A DNA stretch of 64,000 nt from Nitrospira sp. (GCA_018242725.1 JAFEBI010000006.1:11888-75887); one strand, 5' to 3'. Shown: positions 37,505 through 48,491, counted from the stretch's first letter. Numbers and translations are program-made. The notes: generated by a model from the sequence alone, not told the origin.

Positions 37505-37867
37505 CTATTCCGGCAAGATACCTAACCCTCCGAGTAGCGGTGTGAGACCTTCCTCACCTGGTCCTTTTCCCTGTTTCAACGCTTCACTGATGTCACGGAG
37601 GAGCTGATCTGCCTCAGGGTTCAGCCGTTTGAGCTTCTCATTCAGTTCGCCAGACATCAAGTCTTGTGAGATCTCATTCTCAGTGAGTTTGCCATCTGAG
37701 AGCCCCTGGTGGAGGATGTGCGCCAGCGATTGGATCTTGGCGAGCACCTCGGGAGGCATTCCATTCAGGACATTCTCAGCGTCCTTCTGCCCTTGAGCAT
37801 AGACTGGAACGATGAACAACAGTGAGAGCCCCCAAACAGCCATCATTCGTGTTCTAGAGACCATCAT
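37505..37867 (-). CDS. Hypothetical small secreted alpha-helical protein
   Basis: AAGGAAAGGGA RBS, signal peptide (..LLFIVPVYAQG), charged helical remainder. Confidence 0.5.
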   Translation of the reverse strand: MMVSRTRMMAVWGLSLLFIVPVYAQGQKDAENVLNGMPPEVLAKIQSLAHILHQGLSDGKLTENEISQDLMSGELNEKLKRLNPEADQLLRDISEALKQGKGPGEEGLTPLLGGLGILPE

Positions 37868-38104
37868 ATCTGTCCCTTTCCTTTGCTTGTGTCAATCCGT
37901 GTTAGCTGAGTGATGATGCATGTTCCAGGCCATTGCCCCTCAGAAGCTAGGGGGGACTGAGGAGAGTGGAAGGGAATCAAGTATGCCGGAGAAGTAACCG
38001 ATACAGTTTTGTGTGTGTAGGGGAAGCAAGAAATTCTGAGTGAACCCCACATCGGCTAATCCTAAATTGGTGCTGATCTCAAACGACAAAGCGGGAGCGT
38101 GCTG

Positions 38105-38872
38105 ATGTTTGACGGGTTTGAGTCTCAGGACGTGATGATCTATGCGGTGGCCATTCTCGGTCTGCTGGTTCTCTGGCAATACTACCAGCTGCAAATCTTG
38201 TCTGGGCGTATCCTAGCCGTGGATATCTTCGATCGCTCCGGCGTTCGAATGTATATCTATGTTGCGCCTGATGATGATCATGTCTGCGACGTCTGTGAGG
38301 CTGCGCACGGCCGTGTGTTCTTACCGTCTCACGTTGCGAAGAAACATTTCTCTCCTCTCACCGGAGAATGTACCAAGCCGACTCCCTGCAACGGAGTCCT
38401 GCTTGGTTTGTACGGCGCTTGGTTGGAGGCCAGAGGCGTATTGGAGAATCTGCGTAAGAATGTCAAAAAAGGCGGGATTCAACTCTCAGCCGAAGAAGTC
38501 CGCGCTTTGGTAAACGGGCAGTGGGAGCGTTGCATCAGCACAGAAACCGATCGAGTGTCAGTCTATTTAGCCGAGGCGATGGTGTCTGAACGAGGCAGTC
38601 CGGAGGTCTCGATCGAAGGTTATCGCTATGTGGTCAATGAGGCGAAAGAGGTGCGGCACCTCATGCTGCTTGTCCCCGCGTATCTCCGGCTCGTACAACT
38701 CTTGCTTAAGGCAGGAGAGGAGGCGGAAGCGCTTGAGGTCATCGAACAGTTCGAGCGCCGGTTCCCACGATCGAAGCGCGGCTCACATTTCCCGTTAGAG
38801 CCCCAGCGAGACTTCATGACCAGTAAGAAATCCAAATTGATGAAGAACCTCCCGCTCAAAATGGCGGCGTAG
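38105..38872 (+). CDS. Hypothetical membrane-anchored protein with Cys-rich motif
   Basis: GGGAG RBS 7 nt before the ATG at 38105. One N-terminal TM helix. DDHVCDVCEAAHGRVF...GECTKPTPCNG motif. Helical C-terminal half. Confidence 0.5.
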   Translation: MFDGFESQDVMIYAVAILGLLVLWQYYQLQILSGRILAVDIFDRSGVRMYIYVAPDDDHVCDVCEAAHGRVFLPSHVAKKHFSPLTGECTKPTPCNGVLLGLYGAWLEARGVLENLRKNVKKGGIQLSAEEVRALVNGQWERCISTETDRVSVYLAEAMVSERGSPEVSIEGYRYVVNEAKEVRHLMLLVPAYLRLVQLLLKAGEEAEALEVIEQFERRFPRSKRGSHFPLEPQRDFMTSKKSKLMKNLPLKMAA

Positions 38873-38947
38873 TGACAGATATGTCGCGCCATGGCCTTTC
38901 CAGTTGCCGCTGCCCGCATCCGTGTCCTGTGAGTCAATAAACGGCGT

Positions 38948-40366
38948 TCAGTCGTGTGACTCCAGACTGGTCGGTGTTTTATTCAGCACAGTCGAGGCGG
39001 CTTGCGAGAGGGCGGCGTCGTGGATATGGTCCGGCGAGTAAATACGAAATTGGACCAATCTTGTGGGCAGCAGATCTAAGCACTCTTCCAATAGCTCGGT
39101 CGAAACCTGGCCTGTGCCAGGATCATAGACGTAGAGGGGATTACCCCGTGAATCTTTCGGGTCCGGCCGTGGATCCAAGAGGGCCATATCCACTCGAAAG
39201 GGAACTCGCTTCAGGCGAGTCGGAAGCTCCTTGATGATTTGCTGCTCAAAATGTCGATGGCTTGGAAATGCCATACCGCGCTCCTGTCCCTTGTCTTTCA
39301 AGGTTGTACTGTAGGCCATCTTCCATTTGATATCGCGGTTGAGGATCCTCGTCCATTCCTGTCCCAGCTGCCGGCGGGATGTGTTGCGGCTCTTGGCCCA
39401 CTCTCGAACCTCCTCCAAGAGCGACCAATCAGTTAGTGTTTGGTAGCCATCCATATTCTTTCGCGGATCGCGAGGACAGATAAGCTTCATCGTGTCTCCA
39501 AAAATATCGCGAAGATGGATGTCGATGGCTCTGGTTGTACGATGAAAATACACATTGGAATAGAGGTACATCCGGGTGTTGAGGAACATCTGGAGCGCGG
39601 GGAGTCCGGTCTTATGAATGGTGAATCCCTTCTCCGTCACAATGGTGTAATGAATCAACCGTGTGAGATCAACCGGTCCCACCGCGACACCGCACATATA
39701 AGAGTCCCGCAAGACGTAATCCAGATTATCTCCGGTGTAGCTCCCGGAGATGATGGGTTGGAGCATGTTCAGCCAGCGAGGGAGCCGGGAGTTGTCCTTG
39801 TCCTTTTCTTTGAGGATCAGATGGGCGATCTGGCTCGGGTCCAACTCCTCACCGTTGGCGAAGGGGCCGGAAGGACTTCGTCGGATCTTCTTGATCAAGG
39901 GGGCCAGATGATCTCGGATGATAATTTGTCCCAATCGTTCATGGGTCAGGCCGAATCCATGGAGAAAATTGTCGTCAAAGAAATGGCAGAACGGACCATG
40001 TCCGATGTCGTGCACTAAGGCCGTGATTCGCAAGAGCTCTTCAACATAATTGGCCGACGGCACGTCTTTGATGGTGTTTTTGAGAAAGGGATACAAGTGT
40101 CGAGCGAACCGTCCTGCCACATGCATGGTCCCTAAAGAGTGGACGAATCTGGTGTGTTCGGCGGACGGATAGACCCAACGGGCACTTTGTAACTGATAGA
40201 TGTACCGTAATCGCTGGACCCAAGCGGAATCGATCAGGTCCTTCTCGGTATGTTCATGCGAGTCGGGGTTTGCAAACGGAACGGTAAAGGTGACGTATTT
40301 GTGAATCGGATCGGCGATGAGTGCGGAGCCATCGTAAGGGGCATCAGGACGGTCTATGGGTTCCAT
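38948..40366 (-). CDS. HD-domain phosphohydrolase (SAMHD1/dNTP triphosphohydrolase-like)
   Basis: RLRYIYQL......YPSAEHTRF.HSLG and LVHDIGHGPFCHFFD are the HD-domain metal-binding motifs of this subfamily. Confidence 0.8.
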   Translation of the reverse strand: MEPIDRPDAPYDGSALIADPIHKYVTFTVPFANPDSHEHTEKDLIDSAWVQRLRYIYQLQSARWVYPSAEHTRFVHSLGTMHVAGRFARHLYPFLKNTIKDVPSANYVEELLRITALVHDIGHGPFCHFFDDNFLHGFGLTHERLGQIIIRDHLAPLIKKIRRSPSGPFANGEELDPSQIAHLILKEKDKDNSRLPRWLNMLQPIISGSYTGDNLDYVLRDSYMCGVAVGPVDLTRLIHYTIVTEKGFTIHKTGLPALQMFLNTRMYLYSNVYFHRTTRAIDIHLRDIFGDTMKLICPRDPRKNMDGYQTLTDWSLLEEVREWAKSRNTSRRQLGQEWTRILNRDIKWKMAYSTTLKDKGQERGMAFPSHRHFEQQIIKELPTRLKRVPFRVDMALLDPRPDPKDSRGNPLYVYDPGTGQVSTELLEECLDLLPTRLVQFRIYSPDHIHDAALSQAASTVLNKTPTSLESHD

Positions 40367-40380
40367 AGTTGGTGAATATC

Positions 40381-40896
40381 TTAGCCCACACGATCAGAGG
40401 GCGGCAATGGTGTGGCCATATCAGATGCCGACTCCGGTCGGTATTTCATAATAAAGAAATAGGCGGCGGGGTATGAGGCCAGGGCACCGAGCACGCTGAG
40501 GATAAGTCCTCCGAGCACAAAGGGACCGGCGTACGGGAGGACTTGGTCATAGATCCCGTTGAAGCTCAAGTCCTGCCAGTTGAAGGTAGGCACATCAGTT
40601 CGTCCTAGCAAGAACGCTCCGGTCCAATAGGTTGCGCCTAGGATCGGAATGATGGTCCAAGGATTATTGATCAGCGCTCCAGCAAACAACGCGACAAAGT
40701 TGAGACCAAACAACCAGGTGCATAACGCCACCATGGCCGTATGCAGGCCATACGCCGGTGAAAACGCGATAAAGACGCCCAAGGCGAAGGCCAAGGCCGT
40801 GCGGCGCGGGGATTCTTGTAGATGAAGGACTTGGCGTAAGAGTGCACGAAACGATCGACCCCCTTTCACAGGTTGTTTGCTGAGTTTCGACATCAC
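40381..40896 (-). CDS. DUF2062-like membrane protein
   Basis: 171 aa, basic N-terminus then 3-4 TM helices (..SPRRTALAFALGVFIAFSP..). 4-nt overlap with thiL upstream. Confidence 0.55.
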   Translation of the reverse strand: MMSKLSKQPVKGGRSFRALLRQVLHLQESPRRTALAFALGVFIAFSPAYGLHTAMVALCTWLFGLNFVALFAGALINNPWTIIPILGATYWTGAFLLGRTDVPTFNWQDLSFNGIYDQVLPYAGPFVLGGLILSVLGALASYPAAYFFIMKYRPESASDMATPLPPSDRVG

Positions 40897-41936
40897 TGAA
40901 AATGCTCGTAACTGGTGACTGGCAGCGGGTGTCTTTTTCCGCCGGACAACGTCTGCATGCCAAATCGTTTCGGGCGAATCGTGCCGATGCAGGTGACGTG
41001 ATAGCCGCGGGCACGGGCTTGCTGTTCAATTGTACTTCGCGAGCCTGGAGCGGCGGTGAAGAGCAGTTCATAGTCCTCGCCTCCGCTGAGCGCGAGCTGA
41101 ATCGGTGAGCGGCCGACTGCTTTGCCGTAGGACCGACAGGCTGCCGAGATCGGGAGTTTCTCGAGTTCTACTTCGGCGCCGACCTGACTCGCCTCACACA
41201 GGTGACGCAGATCTCCCGATAGACCATCGGAGACATCGATGGCGGAAGAGGCCAGCCGTTCCTGATTCAGCCATTGCCCTTCGGCGACTCTCGCGGCTGG
41301 GTGTAAGTGACGATTAATCAGAAATCGTTGGTGCAAGGTGGAAAGGGCGATCCTGCTCCTGCGTGAGGGTTGAGCCCTGTGGAGCGGCATCAAGAGGCGA
41401 AGGCCGACGAGAGAATCCCCGAGTGTCCCGGTGACGTAGATCAGGTCATCGACGTGAGCTCCGTGACGAAAGAGAGCTTGCCGTGTGGGAGTAGTCCCGA
41501 TGAGCGTGATGCTGAGAAAGAGACCGGCCTTGGAGGCAGAGGTATCACCGCCGATAAGCGCCACGCGCGTACGACGGCACGCGTTCATCAAGCCGCTGTA
41601 GAGCTTGAAAATGTGCGATGACGCCAGTGACTTTGGGATGGCAAGTGAGATGAGCAAATAGCGAGGGGTGGCCCCCATGGCGGCAAGATCGCTGAGGTTG
41701 GCCATGGCGGCCCGATACCCGATGGATTCTGGGGCCGCAGACTTGAAATTGAAATGGATGCCTTCCGCGAGCAGGTCTGTCGTGACGTGCCACCAGGTCC
41801 GTGATGTGGGTTCAACGACCGCGGCATCGTCACCGATGCCCTGGATGAGGCCCGGAGCGCGGCGAGAGAACCGGTGCGCGAGGCCTCGGATCAGAGGGAA
41901 TTCCTGAATGACTGATTTGGCCTTGCGATTGGCCAC
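40893..41936 (-). CDS. thiL: Thiamine-monophosphate kinase ThiL
   Basis: PurM-like fold with GIGDDAAV, TTDLL.EG.HF, GGDT..S, DVSDGL..DL.H, GGEDYELLFT motifs. Confidence 0.92.
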   Translation of the reverse strand: MANRKAKSVIQEFPLIRGLAHRFSRRAPGLIQGIGDDAAVVEPTSRTWWHVTTDLLAEGIHFNFKSAAPESIGYRAAMANLSDLAAMGATPRYLLISLAIPKSLASSHIFKLYSGLMNACRRTRVALIGGDTSASKAGLFLSITLIGTTPTRQALFRHGAHVDDLIYVTGTLGDSLVGLRLLMPLHRAQPSRRSRIALSTLHQRFLINRHLHPAARVAEGQWLNQERLASSAIDVSDGLSGDLRHLCEASQVGAEVELEKLPISAACRSYGKAVGRSPIQLALSGGEDYELLFTAAPGSRSTIEQQARARGYHVTCIGTIRPKRFGMQTLSGGKRHPLPVTSYEHFQ

Positions 41937-41945
41937 AAGGCGATC

Positions 41946-44444
41946 CTATGAACGTACCGAGAGCTGGTCCGCCTTCATCGTGGCTGGGAGCTCGTGAGAC
42001 CGGCGCCCTTTGCCTGACCGCAGGGGGCGGATGCGGGCTGACACCGGAGAGGCTGGTTGTTTGTTTGAATCTGGCCGCGTCTTTCCTCGTCGACGGAGCG
42101 CGATTTTGATGACGTCATCCATCGTATCGACAAAAGCCAGCTGAATACCCTTCAGAAGATGTCTGGGAATTTCTTCGAGATCCTTCTTGTTTCGGCGAGG
42201 TAGGATGACGGTCGTCAGCTTGGCCCGTTTGGCCGCCAGGATCTTTTCTTTCAACCCGCCGATGGGAAGGACACGGCCGCGCAAGGTGATCTCTCCCGTC
42301 ATGGCCAGGTCTCGCCTTGTGGGAATACCAGAGAACGCTGAGGCAATCGCCGTGGCCATCGTGATACCGGCGGAGGGCCCATCCTTGGGGATGGCCCCGG
42401 CTGGGACGTGAATATGCAGGTCTTGTTTGCTGAACATGCTGGGATCGATGTTCAAGCTTTTCTCCCTCGAACGGACATAGCTGAGGGCCGCTTGGGCGGA
42501 TTCTTTCATCACATCCCCGAGGTGGCCGGTGAGGGTCAACTGGCCCTTGCCTTTCATGACGGTGGCCTCAATGTACAGCACATCGCCGCCCGCCTCGGTC
42601 CAGGCCAGACCGGTTGCGACGCCGGTCTCGTCTTGTTCGAGCTCAGCTTCCGGAACGTACTTTGAGACACCGAGATATTTATTGAGATTGGATGGATCGA
42701 TGGAGAATCCCTGCCCCTTGCCTTCCGCTACTTTCTTGGCGACCTTGCGCATGACGTTTGCGATCTCGCGTTCGAGATTTCTGACTCCGGCTTCTCTCGT
42801 ATAGTGCGAGATGATTTGTCTGATGGCGGGCTCCGAGAGCTGTACATGTTTGTTCGTGATGCCGTGTTCGTCGAGTTGGCGAGGAATTAAGTAGCGCTGG
42901 GCGATGCCGAGTTTCTCCTCCTCCGTGTATCCCGGGATTTCGATGATCTCCATCCGATCACGTAGTGCAGGCAGAATCGGATCGATTAAGTTGGCCGTGG
43001 TGATGAACATCACTTCGGTCAAGTCGAAAGGGACTCCGAGATAGTGGTCGGTGAAGGCCGTGTTCTGTTCGGGGTCAAGTACTTCCAGTAAGGCGGCAGA
43101 AGGGTCGCCTCTAAAATCCATCCCCACTTTATCCACCTCGTCCAGCATGAATACGGGATTGCTGGTCCCCGCCTGCTTCATGCCTTGGATGATACGACCG
43201 GGCAATGCTCCAACGTAGGTGCGGCGGTGGCCGCGGATTTCTGCCTCGTCCCGCACACCGCCCAAACTGATCCGCACGAATTCACGACCTAAGGCTTTGG
43301 CAATCGATTTGCCTAATGAGGTCTTACCGACTCCTGGCGGACCGACGAAGCACAAGATCGGCCCCTTCATTTTTTCCTTCAGCTTTCGAACCGCCAGATA
43401 TTCCAGGATTCGTTCCTTGACCTTTTCAAGATCGTAGTGATCTGCGTTCAGTACCTTGGCCGCGGCTTTCAACTCCAGATTGTCCTTCGATCGCTTAGAC
43501 CAGGGCAACTCGACCATCCATTCCAGATAGGTGCGGACGGTGGCGGACTCAGCGGTATCTGGATGCATTTTCTCAAGGCGTTTGAGCTGTTTTTCCGCCT
43601 CTTTCAGCACCTTCTCGGGCATCTTGGCGTCTTTGATACGCTTGCGGAATTCCGTGACCTCTTCCGCTCGTTCGTCCAGTTCACCTAACTCCTTCTGAAT
43701 CGCCTTTAGCTGTTCCCGGAGAAAGTATTCGCGCTGGGTCTTGTCCATCTCGCCTTTGGCTTGTGCCTGGATCTTCTGCTGCATGGAGAGGACTTCAATT
43801 TCTTTCCCGAGAATGTCGCTGACCTGGCGAAGTCGTTGGATCGGATCGGCAATTTCTAAGACGGCTTGGGTTGTGTCGACTTTGAGGCCGAGATTGGAGG
43901 CGACCATGTCGGCTAAGCGTCCAGGCTCTTCGAGATTTTCGATGACGACCATGACATCGGGGATCAGGACTTTGCCTAAACTGACGATTCGCTCGATCTG
44001 TTCCTTGACGGTCCTCATCACGGCTTCGGCTTCCAGTGGGGTGGCCGCTGGTTTCGTGTCGGGAACTTTGTCGATTCGAACGGAGTAGTACGGGTCGGTT
44101 TGGATATATTTGTTGATCTTGGCTTTTGCGATGCCTTGGACCAAGATCTTGATGCGTTCATCCGGCAGCTTAAGCATTCGCATGATGATGCCGACGGTCC
44201 CGACGGCATGGATGTCCTTGGGGGTTGGGTTCTCGACATCCAACGCCTTTTGAGTGGCAAGGAAAATCATCCGGTTGCCGGCCAAGGCTGCTTCGATGGC
44301 CTTGATCGACATATCTCGGCCAACGAACAGTGGAAGAACCATGTACGGAAAGACGACAATGTCTCGAACCGGCAACAGCGGGAGCTGGCTGGGGACCTCA
44401 ATGTTTTGGGGGGGCTGGATATCCTGCTCGTTTAGGTCGGTCAT
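41946..44444 (-). CDS. lon: ATP-dependent Lon protease (LonA)
   Basis: LON N-domain, AAA+ (GPPGVGKTS), S16 protease ([14 protein letters not shown]). About 48-aa basic C-terminal extension. Confidence 0.97.
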   Translation of the reverse strand: MTDLNEQDIQPPQNIEVPSQLPLLPVRDIVVFPYMVLPLFVGRDMSIKAIEAALAGNRMIFLATQKALDVENPTPKDIHAVGTVGIIMRMLKLPDERIKILVQGIAKAKINKYIQTDPYYSVRIDKVPDTKPAATPLEAEAVMRTVKEQIERIVSLGKVLIPDVMVVIENLEEPGRLADMVASNLGLKVDTTQAVLEIADPIQRLRQVSDILGKEIEVLSMQQKIQAQAKGEMDKTQREYFLREQLKAIQKELGELDERAEEVTEFRKRIKDAKMPEKVLKEAEKQLKRLEKMHPDTAESATVRTYLEWMVELPWSKRSKDNLELKAAAKVLNADHYDLEKVKERILEYLAVRKLKEKMKGPILCFVGPPGVGKTSLGKSIAKALGREFVRISLGGVRDEAEIRGHRRTYVGALPGRIIQGMKQAGTSNPVFMLDEVDKVGMDFRGDPSAALLEVLDPEQNTAFTDHYLGVPFDLTEVMFITTANLIDPILPALRDRMEIIEIPGYTEEEKLGIAQRYLIPRQLDEHGITNKHVQLSEPAIRQIISHYTREAGVRNLEREIANVMRKVAKKVAEGKGQGFSIDPSNLNKYLGVSKYVPEAELEQDETGVATGLAWTEAGGDVLYIEATVMKGKGQLTLTGHLGDVMKESAQAALSYVRSREKSLNIDPSMFSKQDLHIHVPAGAIPKDGPSAGITMATAIASAFSGIPTRRDLAMTGEITLRGRVLPIGGLKEKILAAKRAKLTTVILPRRNKKDLEEIPRHLLKGIQLAFVDTMDDVIKIALRRRGKTRPDSNKQPASPVSARIRPLRSGKGRRSHELPATMKADQLSVRS

Positions 44445-44682
44445 ATTTATGGGCCTGTTCTGTTTATCGATACATGGAATTTTGAATCAATGGACCAGAA
44501 GGCTGGTACTGCTGGCGTAGTTGGAACGATTTGTTTGTTCATATTGTAGTCCGTTACGTGAATGAAAAGAGTCAATGAGATTGCGCGATGTGCCGAGCGA
44601 ACACTCCGTTCACGGTATAGTCTCGTACACGATCGGTGTAGCCGAGATTCTTGCGATAGACCCCCATTCAGGGCAGACCGGA

Positions 44683-45579
44683 TCATCCGCGACGATTATT
44701 CGATGTGGTGTGCGTTCTGGTCGAGAGGTAATCGCGGAATTCTGCTCCCAATGCCGGGTTCTTTAAGGCAAACTCCACGGTGGCGATCAAAAAACCCAGC
44801 TTGTCTCCAGCGTCGTGGCGCTGGCCTTCGACCTCAAGCGCATACATCGGAGATTTTTTTGCCAGTGTTTTGAGCGCATCGGTCAACTGAATTTCCCCGT
44901 TCTTTCCCGGGGCTGTTTTTCTCAGGATGGGAAAGATTTCCGGAGGAAGCACGTAGCGGCCGATCACGGCGAGCGTAGAAGGCGCATCAGCGGGCGATGG
45001 TTTTTCAACCAAATCTTCCACCCGATGTAACCCGTTGGAAAGGCGTTTCGGAGTGACAATGCCATATCGACTGACATCCGCCTTCGGAACATCCTGCACG
45101 CCAAGGACGGCCCCGTGTCGTTTCTTATAGACGTGGATTAACTGAGCGAGTCCCGGCACGTCGGCGTCGATGATTTCGTCTCCCAGAATCACGGCGAACG
45201 GCTCGTCGCCGATCAGATGTTGGGCACATAGGACAGCATGCCCCAACCCCAATGCCTCTGACTGGCGGACGTAGCAGAAGTTCGCGAGGTTGGAAATCTG
45301 GCGAATCTGATGGAGAACTTGGCTTTTCCCGGTTCCTTTTAAATTTTCTTCCAGTTCGACGGAACGATCAAAATGATCTTCAATGGCACGCTTGCCGCGT
45401 CCTGTGATCACAATGATATCCTCGATGCCGGAGGCCACCGCTTCTTCAACCGTATATTGAATGAGCGGCTTGTCGACCAGAGGCAACATCTCCTTGGGAG
45501 AGGCTTTGGTCGCGGGAAGGAAACGCGTGCCCAGACCAGCTGCAGGGATAACGGCTTTTCTGACTGCAAAGCGAGACAT
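44683..45579 (-). CDS. galU: UTP-glucose-1-phosphate uridylyltransferase GalU
   Basis: KAVIPAAGLGTRFLPATKA.PKEMLP..DKP.IQY N-terminus from the ATG at 45579. The longer ORF to 45708 adds a non-homologous leader. Confidence 0.93.
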   Translation of the reverse strand: MSRFAVRKAVIPAAGLGTRFLPATKASPKEMLPLVDKPLIQYTVEEAVASGIEDIIVITGRGKRAIEDHFDRSVELEENLKGTGKSQVLHQIRQISNLANFCYVRQSEALGLGHAVLCAQHLIGDEPFAVILGDEIIDADVPGLAQLIHVYKKRHGAVLGVQDVPKADVSRYGIVTPKRLSNGLHRVEDLVEKPSPADAPSTLAVIGRYVLPPEIFPILRKTAPGKNGEIQLTDALKTLAKKSPMYALEVEGQRHDAGDKLGFLIATVEFALKNPALGAEFRDYLSTRTHTTSNNRRG

Positions 45580-46154
45580 GTGAGGATAGTATGTGATGGA
45601 TTGAGCGAAGTCAAGAAACAGACGAACTGGTTGCAGGGAATGTCGATTGAATGATGGCCCACACGGATGAGTTGGTGAAGCCTTTGTCCGGATATGATAC
45701 CGGTGCACTCTGGCTCGCCGTGGCAGGAAATTTCGTCATGGGACCTCTGTCTCTAGTCGGTAGCTCCGAATCAGCTTTTTATACGCTTGTGGTTTGGTCG
45801 TAGCGCAATCGGATGAGCTGAAGCCGGTGTAGTCTCGATGCGTTGTGGTGTGTAGATGAAGAGCGCAGAACACGAGTGAATTTCAAGCTGAAGGTCAGAC
45901 GCTGCTTTACAATGTGCGGCGACCTCAATATAATTCTGAATTTTCGCGAGCCTGTGCGTTGTCAAGAGACATACACGAGCTTTGTCTCGAGCGTTGGATC
46001 TGCTGTGAGTACGCTGCCAGCTGAGGATTGGTCTGCTATCTGTGCGCGATCACAGTCAGCTGGGTTTGCTACGTATTACGTATAGTGTGAAATCGGCTAT
46101 GATGATGCTGTCGCCTCCACCATCCACTTCCATCTTGCGCCAGAGGAATCCTCA

Positions 46155-48479
46155 TTGGTGACCGGGCATGCCGTCTACAGATCCCGATCATTGATGGTTG
46201 TGGTACTGATGGCTTCTGTTTTCTGGGGTGGGTTCGATAGTTATGGGCAGGAGGGCGAGCCGAAGGTGACCTCGATCGACATCCGCGGGGCTAAGCGGAT
46301 TGAGGCATCGGCTATTGTCGGTCGTCTCACTCTCAAGCCGGATGATCCCTATACATCGGAACATGTGCGCGGCCAGATCCGGATTCTGTACGACACGGGA
46401 TTTTTCGAGGATGTGCAGGTGGAGACTGAATCGGTTCCAGCCGGTATGGCGGTGACGTTCGTTGTGAGAGAAAAACCCTTCATCAGTGAAGTCGTCTTTG
46501 ACGGAAACGAGCATTTGAGTGACGAGAAGTTAAAAGAGAAAACGACGATCAAGAGCCAGACGTTCCTTGATCAACAACAGGTCAAGGAGAGTGCCGAGCG
46601 GCTGCGTCTCGCCTACCAGCAGGATGGATATTATGGCGCGCAGGTCACCCCGGTGATTCAGGCGATCGATGAAGATCGGATGCGCTTGATCTTTCATGTG
46701 ACGGAAGGAGAGAAAGCACGGGTCAAAACGGTGGTGTTTGATGGCCTTACTGGGACGAGTAAAGCAGAGTTGCTGAATGTGATGGCGACCAGAGAGTGGA
46801 TTCCGTGGTATGGCCTTTTTACAAAATTGAAACTCCCCTCTTTATTCTCTGATGCCGGTCTGCTGAAACGTGAGGAGATGGATAACGACGTGGAGCGGAT
46901 CCGGGAGGTATTGCTCAATAAGGGGTACTTCAACGCTCGAGTCGGTCAGCCATCGGTCGAACTGACCGAAGACAAAAAGTGGTTCATCGTCAGCTACCCG
47001 GTCTCCGAGGGAGAACCGTTTACAGTCAGTGAAGTAGGGTTTCGAGGATATACGGTATTCGAGGATCCTGAGCTTCGCCAAGGGTTGAAGATCAAAGATG
47101 GGGAAATCTTTCAACGAGCCAAAATCCGGGATGAGATCACACGGCTGACGGACTTGTATGGCAGCAAGGGATATTCCTTTGCCGAGGTGGTTCCCAGCGT
47201 CAATCCCAACAATGAGGAACGAACAGTCGCGATCATCTTCAGCTTTAAAGAAGGCGAGATGATGCGGATCCGACAGATCAATATCCACGGAAACGACAAA
47301 ACACGCGATAACGTCATTCGACGAGAAATACGAGTCGATGAGCAAGATGTAATCGATACCGCTTCGCTGAAACGCAGCTTTCAGCGATTGAATAACCTGA
47401 ACTTTTTCGAGACGGTCGAGATTCTGCCGAATCAGGTTGCGCCGGATAAAGTGGATCTGAATGTGCGAGTGAAGGAAAAGCCGACCGGCATGTTTAGTCT
47501 TGGCGGAGGCTTTAGCACTCTCGACCGGCTTGTGGCGATCGCCGACATTACGCAGGGGAACTTGGGCGGGTATGGATATCTCGGTCGCATTCGCGGGCAG
47601 CTGGGGCAGCGCCGAAGTCTCGGGTCCATCACCTTCCGTAACCCCTATCTCTATGATTCGTTGACGTCGCTTCAGATAGACGGTTATCGCAGTATGACGA
47701 ATTATCTTTCCTATTTTGAACAGCGAACCGGTGGAAATATCACACTGGGGCGATGGTTGTCGGAGTACGTCACGGGCAGTGTCAGCCTCTTTGGAGAGCA
47801 AATCACATTCCGAGATCCTCAGCCCGGTGTCTGCCCGGATCTCGTGCCAATTGTCTGTCGCCAGTTGGGAACACAGTCGTCGACGGGATTTCGTTTTGCG
47901 CTCTTTCGGGATACCAGAGATTATTACCTCGATCCTAGGACTGGTTGGCGGGTCGGTGGTGGATTTGATATCGGGACGCCTCTGATGGGTGGGACCAATA
48001 ATTTCATCAAGTACCATGTCGATGTGATTAAGGTCACTCCGCTGCCGTTCGATATGAGAGTGTCGCTGCGGGCTCGCTATGGAGAGGTTCAAGCGCTTGG
48101 CGGAACGCGGATCCCACTCAGTGAGCGATTCTTCGTGGGTGGGATCAACACCATGCGTGGGTTTGCATTTGGACGAGCCGGCCCCGTCGTTCCGACGACT
48201 CATGCACCCTTCGGTGCCGCTAAGCAGTTGATCTTCAGTAGTGAGTTGATCTTCACGATTTCGGCGGAAGCCAAATTGAACGGTGTCATTTTTTTCGACT
48301 ATGGCAAAGGGTTTGATGACAATGAACCGTTGTCGATCCATTTGCGGCCCGCTGCGGGTCTTGAGGGCCGGTGGATCTCTCCCTTCGGCCCTTTGCGAGT
48401 GGCCTATGGGATCAATCTTGACGCACGAACCGGTGAGCGGGCCGGCGTGTTCGAGTTTACGATAGGAACCTTGTTCTAA
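46155..48479 (+). CDS. bamA: Outer membrane protein assembly factor BamA
   Basis: Five POTRA-like repeats (I.I.G....) and a C-terminal Omp85 barrel ending in ..F.FTIGTLF. The ORF starts at a TTG/GTG; exact start uncertain. Confidence 0.95.
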   Translation: MVTGHAVYRSRSLMVVVLMASVFWGGFDSYGQEGEPKVTSIDIRGAKRIEASAIVGRLTLKPDDPYTSEHVRGQIRILYDTGFFEDVQVETESVPAGMAVTFVVREKPFISEVVFDGNEHLSDEKLKEKTTIKSQTFLDQQQVKESAERLRLAYQQDGYYGAQVTPVIQAIDEDRMRLIFHVTEGEKARVKTVVFDGLTGTSKAELLNVMATREWIPWYGLFTKLKLPSLFSDAGLLKREEMDNDVERIREVLLNKGYFNARVGQPSVELTEDKKWFIVSYPVSEGEPFTVSEVGFRGYTVFEDPELRQGLKIKDGEIFQRAKIRDEITRLTDLYGSKGYSFAEVVPSVNPNNEERTVAIIFSFKEGEMMRIRQINIHGNDKTRDNVIRREIRVDEQDVIDTASLKRSFQRLNNLNFFETVEILPNQVAPDKVDLNVRVKEKPTGMFSLGGGFSTLDRLVAIADITQGNLGGYGYLGRIRGQLGQRRSLGSITFRNPYLYDSLTSLQIDGYRSMTNYLSYFEQRTGGNITLGRWLSEYVTGSVSLFGEQITFRDPQPGVCPDLVPIVCRQLGTQSSTGFRFALFRDTRDYYLDPRTGWRVGGGFDIGTPLMGGTNNFIKYHVDVIKVTPLPFDMRVSLRARYGEVQALGGTRIPLSERFFVGGINTMRGFAFGRAGPVVPTTHAPFGAAKQLIFSSELIFTISAEAKLNGVIFFDYGKGFDDNEPLSIHLRPAAGLEGRWISPFGPLRVAYGINLDARTGERAGVFEFTIGTLF

Positions 48480-48491
48480 GGGAGTGTTGAT

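Noticed and set aside
44445-44682. Heat-shock control elements (CIRCE, sigma32-type promoter) upstream of lon.
   Set aside because: No TTAGCACTC-N9-GAGTGCTAA-like inverted repeat, and no convincing CTTGAAA/CCCCATNT pair with proper spacing on the minus strand.
46842-48341. Very long antisense ORFs: 499 aa opposite bamA. Also 18349-19275 opposite ctp, 8853-9764 opposite uvrB, 29076-29807 opposite the M23 gene, 52055-52885, 50223-50876, 58214-58849, 23773-24405 and 3988-4707.
   Set aside because: Each lies entirely antisense to a gene with strong family motifs. Their translations are Arg/Pro/Ser-rich with no recognisable motifs and no RBS. This is typical of stop-codon-poor antisense frames in GC-rich DNA.
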